A stretch of 64,000 bases of DNA from Azolla caroliniana (GCA_043228905.1 JBHGNT010000016.1:17856001-17920000); one strand, 5' to 3'. Positions 35,232 through 49,900 are shown, counted from the stretch's first letter. The notes: generated by a model from the sequence alone, not told the origin. Made by a program: numbers and translations.

Positions 35232-37885
35232 ATGCTCATGAGTAGCGATTGCACCACGGCATGGAAGAGACTACGGGAGCCAAGACCACAAACACCCATC
35301 GAAGATCCCGAAACTTGGCACACATATACAGAGAGACTTTACCAAATCCCAAACCAACCACCCATTCCAATGCCTTCCACACCCCGGCCTACCATGGGGA
35401 CACTTTTCACGACCTCTAGGGTCGTGAACGTCATAAAGAAATTACAACATAGGAAGTCCATGGACCACACAGGATTGCGAGCAGAACACATTATATATGC
35501 GAGAGAGTGCCTAGCTCCCTTGCTAACTCTAATCTTCAATCGTGCCCTTGCGGAGGGTTTTCCACCACAGTGGACTATGAATACAGTGGCCCCCATACAT
35601 AAAGGGGGGGACCCCATGGACCCAAATACATATAGGACCATTGTGATAGGCCATACCCTTGCTAAGTTATATGGTGCAGTATGGAAGCAGAGCTTAGCGA
35701 CTATATGGAGACCCTAAACCTTCGTGCACCTAAACAAGCTGGCTTTAGACGAGCCTTCTCCACTATTGATCATATCTTCACACTTAGATGCCTAATTGAC
35801 CAAACTAAGGCTCGCAAGAAGAAATTATATTGTTGTTTTGTGGACTTCCGCAAAGCCTTTGACACAGTCCCTAGAGAGCGGTTGTTTGATAGACTTAAAA
35901 GCTTGAGGATATCAGATGATATGGTATGGGCCATCTACGCACTATATGAACAAGTGTTCGGGTGTGTCTGATGCCCAGGTGGCCTATCTAATCGTTTCAC
36001 TAGCACTATTGGTGTAAAACAAGGTTGCCCCCTATCACCGACGCTTTTTGGGATCTACATTGATGAGATCACAGATTTTATTGCTCGTGAGGGAGGCACT
36101 GGAGTGGTCCTTGGGGATACGCAGGTTCGTATCTTGCTCTATGCGGATGACATAGTTTTGCTCTCTGAATCCGAACACGACCTACAGAGGCACCTTAATG
36201 CCTTAGATGACTTTTGTGTACAACGAGGATTGGTAGTGAATCTGGGGAAACCAAAAGTCCTTATCTTCCACACATCGGCCCAAGTTAGAGCTAAGTGTCA
36301 CCTAACTATCTCCCATAGCCCAGTCGAGGTGGTTGGATCGTACGTCTATCTCGGAGTCACTTTTAGTGCCCGCTCAGGTAAATTTTCGATGACACAGGCA
36401 GCAAAGGATAGACTCACGAGAGGACATGCATCCCTCTCACTCCTAGAGAGACAATGCCACCAAGCACACTTTCAAGAGCCACGGACTAAAGGGTGGCTCT
36501 TTGACTCATTAGTGACCCCCTCCCTCATGTATGCATCAGCGGTTTGGGCTCCAGGATTACCATCCTTCATGTGGACGCAATTAGAGAGACCATTGGTGAT
36601 GATGCTATCACGCCAACTCCGAAGCAAATCGACTGTACCACATGACATTATTAGGGCTGAGTTCACGTTACCCCCAATGCTAGTAGAGGCACTTTTTCAA
36701 CTTGTAGTCTTCATTGATAGGATACATAGCCAACCACATGATAGAATATCTCATCAAGCCTTTAAGGCCTCTCAATCATTGTATGAGTCCGGCTATACTA
36801 GCTCATGGTATGGCATGATGGTGAGTTGGCTTCTTGCGAATGGTCTAGACATTAATAACCTACCTCCCCTTAGGTACAACCACACGAGTGATAACACCTT
36901 AATCTCTCATGAGAACCGCAATAAAGTAATACGCCAAGAAATATGGCAAATTTACACTCGGTGTAAATGGATCACCCCACTAGAGCCACTCCCATCTAAA
37001 ATGTCGTACTATAAGAAACACTTCATGCACTTCTCTGAGTTAGGTTTTATCACGCAGCCAAAATATCTAGATGTATTCTTACCACATGCACTAAGGGTTG
37101 CCATTGGACAACTTAGAATATCATCTCACCAACTTGAGATTGAAAATGGCCGTACTAGTGGAGTCCCTAGGGAGGAAAGGATATGTAGGTTATGTCACAT
37201 AGAGATAGAGGATGAGTACCACTTTACATGCAAGTGTCCAACCTATGCCGAGATAAGGGCAAAATACCAAGACATACTTGGTCCGTCTCCCACCCTCCCC
37301 AAACTATTAGATACTCTAGATATAAAGAAATTAGGCAAATACATTCTAGAGCTAAAACAACACAGAGAGAATAAGTTACAAAATGTTGACAATAATGTTG
37401 CTAATGATCACGAACATGTAACAAATGAAGTTTTTCAGGAACCTGAGGAGACAACGAATGCCGACACACTTGCACCACTCGGCCTTTCCATTGATGAGGC
37501 AGAAAACCAGAGAAGAACCAGACGTCCTCGGGTGCCGGGTTTCAAAGCAACTCGACGTGATGTGGAAGCAATATTGAAAATAAGGGAACGTGAGCTACAC
37601 CGCCTAGAAGCCATGGCTAGGGCACTCTCTACATTGGAACCCACATCAAGACCCTTTGACCCCCCACTTCTTTTCGAGAGGCTTGGGTGGAAATAAAATT
37701 AGGCTTAGTGTATAGTCACTTTCGAGTATACTATGTATTGTACACTACTAGAACTCTTTTAGTTTAAGTTCTATTTTTTACTTAATTTTATTTTAGTTAT
37801 GATGACTGGATAAATACTCTTTTGTTGTAAACCAATTGTCTCATGGGCCAAATTTGGCCTTAGAAGACGTTAATATATCTTTCTT
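35232..37885 (+). mobile_element. 5'-truncated RTE/RTEX-like LINE (RT plus C-terminal CCHC domain)
   Basis: YRTI...KLY; QAGFR...DHIFTL; FVDFRKAFD; GVKQGCPLSP; LLYADDIVL; LRISSHQLEIENGR...CRLC...EDEYHFTCKC. One frameshift (~35690) and one stop (35969). Confidence 0.88.
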
Positions 37886-37929
37886 TCTACCTCCATGAGC
37901 TCAGGTATGTACTCTATCTACCTCATGAG

Positions 37930-38576
37930 ATCACTTATGTGTATGCGTATGTTCTATACATGTGCATATGTATGTATTATTCAAGTATGGCATGTGTGTT
38001 ATGTGTGTGTGTGTGTGCGTGTATGTTCTATATATGTGTACATGTATTTATTGTATTGCATGTACTATATATATGCATTGTATGTATGACATGTGTGTAT
38101 GTATGTCCATATTGTATTGCATTGCATGTGTTGTATGTATTGTATATATGGCATGTGTGTAAGTTTGGATGTGTATATTGGATCCATTATGTGTTGAATG
38201 AATATATGTATGTACATGTATAAATGTACATATGTATGTGCATCTCAATATTGGAATCAACAAGGTATTAATCCCCAATTCCTTGCAAAATTGTAGGATA
38301 TCTTATGGGCAAGAAAACTATCACACAAAATATTACATGTACAATGTTAGTTGTACATCGGGCCTTGCCGGCTGGCACATGGTTGCATAGGATGGGAGTA
38401 TCTTTTGGTTGTACTCAATGTCATTTACAAACAGAAACTCAAAAACATTGTTTATGGGAATGCATTGAGTCTCAACCGATATGACAATGTCTCCTTAGAA
38501 TTTCTGCTAATTATTTCCCCCCATTGGTTTTCACTTGGGGCATGGTGGTTTGGACATCACTTGTATGTATGTAATG

Positions 38577-38607
<31 letters not shown>

Positions 38608-39145
38608 TGTATGTATGTATGTAATGTATGTATGTATGTATGTATGTATGTATGTATGTATGTATGTATGTATGTATGTATGTATGTATGTATGTATGTA
38701 TGTATGTATGTATGTATGTATGTATGTATGTATGTTTATGCATATATGCAATGTCAATGTGTATGGATGTGTGTTTGTAATATGTGCACAATATCTATGT
38801 ATATATCTAATGTATGTATGTGTATGTATATATGTAAGTATTGTCATTTGTATCATCCCATATGGCCTATATATATGGTGCTATGTGGAATATGTATGTA
38901 TGTACGTATGTATGTTTATGCATGTATGCATATGTCAATGTACATGATTCAATGTGTATGGATGTGTGTTTGTAATATGTGCATAATATGTATGTATATA
39001 TCTAATGTATGTATATATGTACTATTATAGTGTGTATGACCATGTGTGTGTATGTGGTGATATGTATGTTACACATATGCAATGCATGTATGTATGTGGA
39101 TGTAATATACATATGTAATGTATGTATGTATGTTTGTAAAATTTA
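37930..39145. repeat. Complex (TATG)/(TG)-rich block containing an L1 fragment (38240-38564)
   Basis: Near-pure (TATG)n at 38562-38733. The L1 piece is homologous to 52558-52883. Confidence 0.85.
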
Positions 39146-39472
39146 TATGTGTTCATTCATTCCGGAGTCGGATTCGCTTCGATCCAACTCTCCCATGCCG
39201 GTGTCGTATTCCGGCATCTTCTTCTTCCCCTTCTCCTTGCGCATGAACCATCTCCTTGATTCCTTGCGCGGGGAGAGCACGGTAGAGTCTATGCTACTTG
39301 CCGGCTCATCATCATGTTGGTCTTTTCGACTCAGCTCTACATTCGGCCCACTCAGGCGGAATGAGATCGGAATCTCGTCCAAAGTACCGAACTCTTCTTC
39401 TTCTTCCCGGATCATTTTGGTCTCACTGACCTTATCTTTCGGAATCGAGTCGGAGTAAGTAGAGAGTACCAA
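39146..39472 (-). mobile_element. Probable Copia integrase-RT linker fragment
   Basis: Acidic/basic linker-like ORF with KEKGKKKMPEYD. Recognised by resemblance only; no catalytic motif. Confidence 0.35.
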
Positions 39473-40927
39473 GATGCTAACTCATCAAATTCCACATCTC
39501 AGCTTACTCGAACTTGTTTTATTCGGGGGTTATAACACTTATAACCCTTCTATTCGTGTGAGTGGCCGACTAGGATCCACTTCTCTGACTTCGGGTTCAA
39601 CTTTCTCCGCCTCTCATCCGACACATGCAAATAGGCAATGCTACCAAATATCCTCAGGTGCCTTAAATTTGGCTTCCGCCCAAAATACAACTTGTGTGCT
39701 AACCCGAGGACTCCAATATATATAAGAAGGTTGTATCATGTGCGTTCATGACATCATTTAAAACCCCTTATACGTATGTTTTTTTATTATTTTAGTGACC
39801 CCCTTGTGTACAAAAACGATTAATAAAAATACCCCTTATTACGAATATATTTTTTGATAATCACCCATTTTAAATACCCTTACATATAAAATATACATGC
39901 ACACATATTTCTATTCCTAGAAATGATCAATCACCGTCTTTACAATTGATGACTCGCAAAATTATGAATCAACATTAGACATCATATGCAAATTCCTAGA
40001 AATGCTTCATCAAGTGCCACATAGATTGAAAACACAATCTGTAAAGTACAAAGTAATGCACACACAATTAGGAAACATTACCCAAAAACACTAGAGGTAT
40101 AACATATATAAGCCACATATAAGTTTTTGTTTTTAGTTTACTGAGACGTATGAAGAGTAGAGTATACAAAACAATGTAATTTACAATAAAACAATCTTGA
40201 ACTTGACATATATATCTCGAAAAGCACACATGGAACAATCTAAAATGCATATCAATAATGAAATTACTAACAAATTAACATCATGTTTGGTTTCATGGAT
40301 AGACTCATATGAAGCCATAACATTATTTTTTCTCAAACACATTGATCAAACAAATGGCAACTAACAATTGGCAACAGTTCGGTTCAGTTTGGAGGTCCCA
40401 AGCCCAAACCGGTTCAAACCGAACTCTTAAGAAAAAGTTGAAACTTAAACCGAACTGAATCGAACCACGATACCATCCAAACCGAAACCGTCAAAACCAA
40501 AACTATCTAAACCGAACCATTTATAAAAAAATCAAACCTAAACCAAATGATTTCAGAGACTTATGAACCGTTAAGCTGCTAAAACCGTTAAACCACGGTT
40601 TAACGGTTTGGTTTTGGTTTCCTTTAATAAACATATTATCAATGTTTTTTCTAAAATTTACATAAGCCCACATGCTAACATTATGATGACATCTAACAAT
40701 AAATAAAAGATATTCAAAAATGTTAAAACTCGCCAAAACATGTCAATAACTTCCAAACATGTATATAATATGATATTGATTCAATGGCCAAACATTGTAA
40801 TACTTTGATTCCACCAATTAGGTTTATTTCTAATCAATATAAAATTGGAATTTGGGTTTATCCACGATCAGTTACATGTCAATAACTTCAAAACATGTAT
40901 ATATATACAAAATGACATTGATTCCAC

Positions 40928-41202
40928 CATAGTATGTAAAATTCGTGTTCGTCTAGTATAACATTCGTTTTCCTACGTTGGAAAACGAATGCGAATGTTA
41001 TCCAAACATTCTTGTGTTTTTTTTTTGTTTTTTCCCCATTTTTTTAATGTTTTTTTTTTCATTTTTAGGCTTATCTACCTCATAATAAATAGTTAATCCA
41101 AAAGTATGGCATTTATCATTCTTTGAGGGTGTTTTTCTTTCGCGAATGATTGAACCATTCGAGAATGTGAATGCACATATGGTACGTATGGTTCATACTA
41201 TG
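40928..41202. mobile_element. hAT-type MITE (275 bp) nested in the hAT element
   Basis: TIR CATAGTATG...CATACTATG; perfect 8-bp TSD GATTCCAC (40920-40927 and 41203-41210). Confidence 0.9.
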
Positions 41203-41587
41203 GATTCCACCATGTAATATTGTTTTTAAACAAATAATGTAAACTGCATCTGTTTCAGAAGTAGAAATTGTTCCAACATCCTCTTTATCGTCGTATGGGG
41301 TTAATGGCACTTCAGGGATATGCACCTCAACATCATGGTTTGTGCCATTCTTTAGTAGTTCCAATGGGCGAAAAACCAAAAAATTAACCAATAAAGGCCC
41401 ATGCCACCAAGCAACAACAAAAACCAAAATACGACTTCCATGCATTTACCATGTTTTGGAATCAATGTGAGTCGAGGATAGAATGAAGACCTTAGAAAAT
41501 ATCCAAAAGTCATGTGATATTTTATAAATATGAATAATAAGAGTATGAAACTATAATGTTCGAAACTGAAAAGAAATATATGGGTAA

Positions 41588-43634
41588 TTAAACACATGAT
41601 CTTGTTTGACTCAGCATATAGTCCACTACATCATCCTCCATAGCAATATCTTCCATATCTATACCCAAGTTATTATATGCTTCATTGAAGTCTTCAGGTA
41701 GTGAAATATTTGACTCATTAAGAACATCCAACCACAACCTAATGCACATTTCAGCCTTGAAAGTGCATGAATGCAAACGAATTCTATCTTGAAAATTATA
41801 TTTTGCTTCAAAATTAGCCTCCTCTAACGGCACTGATGATGCTGGTATTGCTAAATAGTCACAAGCCATCTTGTACATTCGAGGTAAAGCAAACCTAGTT
41901 TAAATGTAATCAAACATTTTGAAACTGGTTTTGCACAAAGTTAAAGAAAAATGTCAAATTTATAAGTTATAACTAGGAAATGTGAAGCAAACCTGTTGTT
42001 GAACCACCATTGAAGTGGATCCGTATTTGTTTTTGCTATAGGAAATCTCATAAATTGTTCCATTTCTAATTGTGAAGAAGACATTGATTCTTGAGAAGGC
42101 TTATTGACACCTACGATTTCCCAAATGTCCTCTTGTTTTGTAAGATTTTTGACATATGTTTCATCAGTAGTGTTTGGAACATCAACGACATACTTTTCTT
42201 CCAATACTTTGTGAACCAAATCAATATCCAAACTCCTCTCAATTGTGTTATTGGGTATTGGAACTCTGAAAACACATATGAAGATGAATGCCATTATGTA
42301 TGAGAAAAAAAACTAGTAGTAAATTTATTATGAACGAGAAAAACTATTAACATAGTACATATCGTGGATCGAGAAAGGTCGCAATGCAAGAAGGTATGGA
42401 CTTCAATGATTCTTGGTATCTTATCAAATATTGTAAGCATTTCTCACTACATTTTTCTTGCACTTCAAGAGTTGCCTTGCTTGAGCTAGATTCCATTGAC
42501 TCCACGTCCTCTCCCAAATACTTGTTACAATGTGTTAACAAGTCATTGAAGGCAAGAGACGCTATTGAGAGGGTGGGGTACTTTGACCCACTTAAATATG
42601 TACAAATTCTAGCAGGTAGAAGTAGCCATTGCTCCATTGCTTGTACATGGTTCCAATCATCTATGGTAAGCATATTATCAACAAAATCCGCAGCAATAAT
42701 AGAGTCCGCTATAGTGCAACTCAAAACATCTCTGAGTTTCAAGGCTTCTTGGTACATTTCTAAGGTGGAATTCCATCTAGTAATGATATCAAGACAAGGC
42801 GGCTCCCGCTCTCCATGCTCATACATTGATCTAGAATATTTTCTAAATATAGCTCTACGAACTTTACTAGAACGTATGGATAACAAAATATTTTTCAACT
42901 TCATAGTGGAAGGTGAGATGACCTCTAATGCAGACTTAATACATGGAAGAAATCAATGAGCATAGACATTGGCTTAGTAGATTCTCTACATACCCAATGT
43001 AATGTCATTGAATAAAATCCTTTCAAACTATTATTTGACCACCCATCAAAGGTAATTGCAAAACGTGAATCGAGTGTAGACAAAAAACTTATAACTATTT
43101 GACGAATGACAACATACATTTGCAATATTGATTGTTTTAAAGTACGTGCTGACTTAAGCACATACGGGGCACATACCCTAGTAAGACATCACACATGAAT
43201 TGTTTAAAACCTAAGGACTCAACATGCACATGAGGCAACATTTCTGTGATTATATATTTTGTTATAGAGCTATCAATTTTCTTCTCGATTGTACGAGATA
43301 TTAGAAGCTTAGACGTATCTATAGGATGTTGGATCATAGACATTGTATTCATACTTGAGGAACTATGTGGCTGAGATGTGCTAGTAATGTGATGTTTTTC
43401 TAATAAATGTTTTGTAAGAGTACCCGTGGATGTATTATTTGACCAAGAAATAGAGCAATGAGAGCATCGACGACGGGGCACACCGTTATCTGTGATATTT
43501 ATAGTGTGTCGGTCTGTCCATGAAGTTCGTAGTCTCTTTAATTTGCCTTTACATATGTTACTTGTTGAAGCTGAAGCCATTGAATTTGGGGATGATATAG
43601 TGTTCAATAAAGGGGCGTTCACACTTGATTCCAT
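41588..43634 (-). pseudogene. hAT transposase (BED finger, DDE core, dimerisation domain), frameshifted and partly deleted, with introns
   Basis: CSHC...LTKHLLEKH; AITFDGWS; TRWNST; FLDPR; DPLQWW; MACDYLAIPASSVPLEE. Confidence 0.88.
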
Positions 43635-45322
43635 GTTCTATAAGGAATTAGAAAACTGTATTGGACCAAAGGAAGTCATAATTAGTGATATAATAAGATG
43701 ATATGCATAAAATCAAGGGCACAGATTACTCACGATATTGAAGGAGATTCAAAAGAACTATATAAATCTAAATGTTTAAGGAGTCATCCAAAACCAGGAG
43801 ATTATGTCTGATTCTACTATAACCAAAACATTTCCATGTATTGATGCTTCTACTATAGCCAAAACATATAGAAAATCAATCTTCCAATTCTATAAATTTC
43901 TTTCATGAATTCAATTTTAGAATTCTCAAGCTATGTTTCCTAAGGATTTGTATTTATTTATTTTGGTGTCACAACAAAGTTGTTGAACCAACTAAATCAT
44001 CAGAATGCAAGAAAGTGGGAAGGAGGTATAGGCAACCATGCAGTCCCCTTATCTTAGGATGATTCCAAAGGCTTTTCAGCATCGAATATTTTGTATTCAT
44101 TTTCCAAGGATATAAACAAATATAGGATGGACAAAGGATCAACATGTGCATGGAATGCATTTAAAAAATCCATTATGTTTTTAGTCTAAAACATTATCTT
44201 CCTAGTTTACACGATTTCCCATTGAAATAAGAAACAAACGAATTAAACATACAACTTACATATGAGCCTCCACATGCCTATCCACGAGTATTTTATCATA
44301 GGAGACAAACATTTTTTCATCCTATTAAATTAGTTTATGATATCCATTTTTCCCACATAGTATTGTTGAAATGCAATTTCTATTGACCATACAAAATGTA
44401 TATTGATTTCATCATGTGCTCGATCTTCTAATCCTTGCATTAGAATTCAATTTTTAGAAATATCCAAGACAAATTGGCATGCTATTAGAGTATTCAAAAT
44501 ATAGATCATTTAGATGATGGGCAGAACATATCTACTTGATGACTGCAAATTACAAAACAAGATTATTGAAAATAACCTCTTATTATTAAAAAGTTCATAC
44601 ATAATTTATCAAACATGTCTATTGAGTATTTTGATATAAAGATGGGTGTACCAACTCAAATTCATAAAAAAACATTCTATCATGTAGTTTTATCCATGTG
44701 ATTGATTTGTATGTGTTTCCAACAGCAAGATTGAAAAGTTTGGGCAATCCAAGGAATCGTTGTGTCTTAAAGATAGTAGGTGAACTAACTGATTGTGGAA
44801 AGTGTAATTTATACGATACATTTCCACACACATTCAAAATCGATTGGATCAACAACATTAACAATCGGTTGCATATGTGAACATTTAACAATCGGTTGCA
44901 TATGTGAACATTTTACTATGTTGTTACAACATAGTAAAATGTTCACATATGCAAGTATTTACTAAAGCTATTATTTAAATTAACATGTTAAATGTAGGAT
45001 ACCCACGGGCCACAATATGAAAGTAAAAGAATTATATTTGGTATGAAACACAACTCATGGTTGGTTCTTCTTCTTATATATCTGCATACCAAATGAAAGT
45101 ACCTCTATCCAAATGAAATTTAATGAAAATACCTCTACGCAAATTCTTCAGACTCACAACTTGTTTTCAAAGAGCCTCGGCCACACAAGAAGAAGGAGAA
45201 GGAGAAGGAGGAGACTCAAGAGTTTGTTTTCGAAGAAGAAAAAGAAGTAGAACATGAAGAAGAAGATAGTCGACAGTTTGTTTTCGAAGAAGAAGTAGTA
45301 GATATGTGTTTTTTAGAAGTTA

Positions 45323-46217
45323 TTTTTTCCCCAAAAAAAACACTACTTCACATTAGTTAGTAAGCAAATTACATCATAGATCACCAAAAATTCCTCTCAT
45401 CAACCCTCACTCTGGCCTTCCCACCAAAGTGGACATAGTTCCCACCTCATTTTCAACGTATCCAATTAACTCCTATAACCTAGAAATTTGTACCATATCT
45501 ATACATATTTACAACACCTAGTCACTGATGGAAACCATTGGGGGAAACAGCCATCGGGGTGCTTGGTAGTTCCATTGAGGCCTTGATGATGATTTGCCAA
45601 CCATAGGAGAACTACCCCATTTCAGCAAGAACTTTGATCGAGTTCTTTCAGCTGCATCAGATTCCCCCTTAATCGAGTCGTATCGTCCCCGCAGCCAAGA
45701 TACCAACTCAAACCAGATATTTAATAACACCTCACCGCTAAGGATCTTTTGATGTTGAAAAACAAACTTACACCGCCTGGTCCAAATGTGCCAGACCGAT
45801 AAACAAGCCACCATCATCCATATCTCATCAAAAAATTCTGAGTTAGTGCCACGTCGAACTCCAACCCGTTGAAACACCTTGCCACCCTACACTATAAATC
45901 CATGACCATGGGGGTTTAACTGTTCAGCCCAGCCTTCCCCTATTAACTTCAGCCCCTGTACGGACCCCCATACAACTCTCCCATTCACGCCGCATGCTGC
46001 CACTATCCTGAGACTTCTACCCCAAATGTTAATAGCCTCTTTGCAATTCCAAAAACAATGAGGAATTGATTCCAAAGGGTGTCCACAAATCTTGCAACCA
46101 GCCTCACCACCAAGACACCTAAGCCACTCCCCCACCGGTACCGCTTTGTGACTAAGGAGCCACAACCAAAGCTTTATTTTTTCTAGCATATCGAACGCCC
46201 ATAGCCTCCTCCAAAAA
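45323..46217 (-). mobile_element. L1 3' fragment nested in the hAT element
   Basis: zf-RVT CKICGHPLESIPHCFWNC; poly(A); 17-bp TSD GTGTTTTTTAGAAGTTA (45306-45322 and 46218-46234). Confidence 0.92.
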
Positions 46218-46970
46218 GTGTTTTTTAGAAGTTAGGTCAAAATCTACTTTCAATATTTCTAAAATTGATAAATTTAACCTTTAAAATATGTGTTAAAAGA
46301 AAATATTTATAAAACTATCACCCAAACTGTTAAGCCGTTTAAAACCGTTTAAACCACAATTTTCAAACCATTTAAACCGAAACCTTTAAACCGATGAGGG
46401 GTCGAACCAAACCAAACTGAACTGTTGGCCCCTTGAACCGAACCAAACCGTTTGTGAAAATCCAAACTTGAATCGAACCGAACTGAACCATTGAAACCGC
46501 TAAACCGTTAAGGTGCGGTTTCGTGGTTCGGTTCGGTTCAAACCAAACCGCTGCCGATTGTTAATGGCAACCTACTTCATATTTCCATTTGAAATGTAAG
46601 ACATCATCTATTCACACATTCTTACCCAAATCAAAATGAAATAAAATAAATCATTTTGTTATTGCAATGTCTACTTAAGAAACTTATTACAATAAAGGTT
46701 GCCCTTATAAAAGACCAACTATATAAAAAAAAAACCCTAAGAAGTTCATTTTAGGCTATAAATTTCATGTCGTTTCCATCTTCAACGTTGGACCTGTATT
46801 ATAACATGTAACAACAAAGGCAAGAAAACTTAATATACATGGAAGTAAATAATATCTTAAAGAAATCAAAAAATATATTTGGAATACCGTAGGTTTATAT
46901 TTGGTTTCTACTCTTTTCTCCTTTTCCTGTTAAAATAAAAGGCATAAATATTAAGTTACTTTAATATATA

Positions 46971-49900
46971 TTATATATGTACATGTATGCAAGTATATAA
47001 TTCAAAACAGCTTATATATACATACTTGGATTTCATTTCCAAAAGAAAATCGTTGAAAACTTTACAATCGCTTTCGTCTAACTGATAATTATCACATTTT
47101 GCATTATATGTGAGGTTTGTTAGTCCAATAATTGACTCAAAGTCAACCATTTTTATATCTGTCAAATCATATGCAAATAATCTACTCCCTTTAATCTTCC
47201 TATAACAACCAAGTTGTAATTGAACATCGTCAAGTCTATCCATCAAGTCAATTCCTCTCTTGTACTCCACAAATTTATTTCCAATCTTTCTGCGCATCCT
47301 TTGTACTCGTCCTAAGTACCAAACAACATTTTCATTTGATAATCCTTTTCTTTTGGGTCTTGTTGAATTAACATCTTCTTCAATAAAGAATACAACACAA
47401 TCTGAACCAATCCCAATTAGGTTCCCATTTCCATTTAGGAAATTATTTGCATTCTCACATGAGTAGAAGACCCCTTCTCTTACACGTGTGAGTCTATCCT
47501 TTGACAATGTTGGATTACCATTTAGATGACTCACAAGTGTTGATTTAAATATAATCTTATCATCCACTTGAACAAATGAAGAGACTTTAGAGTTCACATT
47601 GTTGTCATCCAATATAGCATCCAATTCATGGCGAATTTCACTTATTGCAATCTCATCATCATTCTCCATACATTCATGCATTGTTAAGTTTTTATTGTGT
47701 TCAACACATTCTTCATCATATTTCTCTCCATATATATAACTCAAGGATTGTTTTGTCTCAATCCCGGGATAATTCTACCATTACCCATTGTGTTTAGGCT
47801 TCATATTTAACGACTCACATAAAATTTGAACTTCTTTTAAACCTTCTTTAAGTGCAAAAACAAGTTGATCATCATTTGAGATATCAATGTAGTCTTGTAA
47901 GTTTGCAAGATGCTTGCCATGCATGAAATTTAGTTTAGACCATATTGATTCTTGCTTCTTATGAGCTCTTGGAAAAACCAATCCACTATCACTCCACTCA
48001 AATTTGGCAAGCTTGTTTACATTTCTGCTACTATGCAAAACATCTGATATATCAAATGCACGATCCATACCAATCATTCCCCCTATTTTACTAAAAAATA
48101 TCTCAGCTCCATCAAACCCTGTGAGATGCAATGGACATTCTAGTTGTGGATAAAAGTCACGAAACATTTTTATAAGTAAAACTACAAAGTGACAAGATAT
48201 TTGTACATCCAAAAATGTTTCCCGACTAATGAAATTACTTTTTAAATTATAAATTGGATTATTTAGAATCCATAATCAATCTCCATATTTGAAAGAAGAA
48301 TGCAACTTTAGATGCAAGTACCACACGCTTGAATGAGCTCTCATGAGGGGATAGAAAAATATCAATATAGTCACCTAATATATGCAAGTATACATGTGTT
48401 CCCAAAGCACCTCTTTCTCTTACTTTGACACCTTCTCCACCTTGGTATAACATCTTTAAACAATTAGTAACATTTCTACTTGCAATTCTTTGGGCTCTAG
48501 CCCAATTTTGTCTATCTTCTCTCTTAATATCACATTCCCTTAAGCCATGTGCATCAATAGAGAAGTTATTATATACCAATGACACATGATTCAATGTGAT
48601 CCATACATCTCCGATTACTGATTGTCTTGAGGGATTATCTAGTGCATTCACAAGTTTCTTTCCATTATGGATGAAATCTTGATTATGAAGACAACTTGCC
48701 ATATCATTATGCATTTGACCTGTGAAGATCCAACCATCCCAAGACAATTTATATATTAAGCATATGCTTGGGGTTAAGTAATCTTGAAGCATAATCTTTC
48801 TTCTCCTACTATCTCCATCTGATGCATGTCCAACAATTGGCCCAATACTTGTGGAGAGGTGTTTTTCCCATAGAGTTTCCACTTCATTCCATTGGCATTT
48901 TACAAAATCTGCATCAAAGCAATTACATTTACATTGTACAACCAATACTAATCGTGGAAGTTTAGGGTGAAGAGGATTCGCAATTAACACCCTAGCATAG
49001 TATCCAACCACATAGTCTTTAAAGGAGCTAACAATGGTTTCATAACCAACATTAGAGTCACCCACCTTTATCATACATGATGAGACACATTGATGATTGG
49101 ATGACTTCAGCCCACAAAAACCCAAAAGTAAATCATTTGAGCTATCCCACTTAACATTCCGCTTAATCACAGTCTCATCCTCGGCAATAATGAAAGGAAC
49201 CTTTGTTATAATGCCATGCACTCTTTTTTCATTTTCATAAATCGTAGCCACATCCTAGAATATATATTCATGGATCCCTAGAAGGAATTTAGTTGTCTTC
49301 CTCTCAACTCTCTTTGTAGTGCTTAATGATGGTCCATCTAAATTTTTAAAAACAAAGTCGTGTAATCTTGGTCCAGCCCACATTTTTATCATGACGAAAA
49401 TTGCCTTTGTGTCTTTAAATCGTTGTCCATATGGCTTTCGAGTAAGGTTTTGTGCAACATCTGTCAAGAAATCCCATAATGCATTCTTTCCACCAAATTT
49501 TCCAGCTCGATGAGCCTCAATAATGTTATTACAAAATCGTCGAACATCCTTCTGTTCCACACTCTCAAGGGATGCTTTCTTGAGAGTCATTACCTTTACC
49601 GAAAGCATTGCAACTTTGCAAGCTAGCCACCATATTTGTCTATGAGCACGACGGATAGTTTGCTTAGAACTTGAAATTTCCTTTCTTGTCTCTTCTTGAG
49701 CAAGATAATCTAGTCGCCTACCCTCCCCAGTTCCCCGATTACCTCTTTTGACTTTAGCCCTACGCTCCCTATACACCCTCATACGGAAATCATTACATTT
49801 TGGAATTTCATTACATTTTTCACATGTAAGATTATGAAAGGGTTCTTCAAGCTTTGATACTCTTTTACAATCAAAATGGCGAAAACATCCATCAATAACA

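Larger units (their letters stand above)
40362..46563 (-). mobile_element. hAT DNA transposon, 6.2 kb, both ends present
   Basis: TIRs TAACAATTGGCA / TGCCGATTGTTA; perfect 8-bp TSD ATGGCAAC (40354-40361 and 46564-46571); AACCG subterminal arrays; internal transposase. Confidence 0.93.

Noticed and set aside
37895-39030. Many Cys/Met/Tyr/Val- or His/Thr/Tyr/Ile-rich ORFs here and at 25150-25518, 50645-51984 and 53327-54113
   Set aside because: They are translations of (TATG)n/(TG)n low-complexity DNA, which lacks stop codons in several frames.
41116-41597. Small ORFs downstream of the hAT transposase (possible second gene)
   Set aside because: Short, one runs into a MITE, and neither has a recognisable domain.
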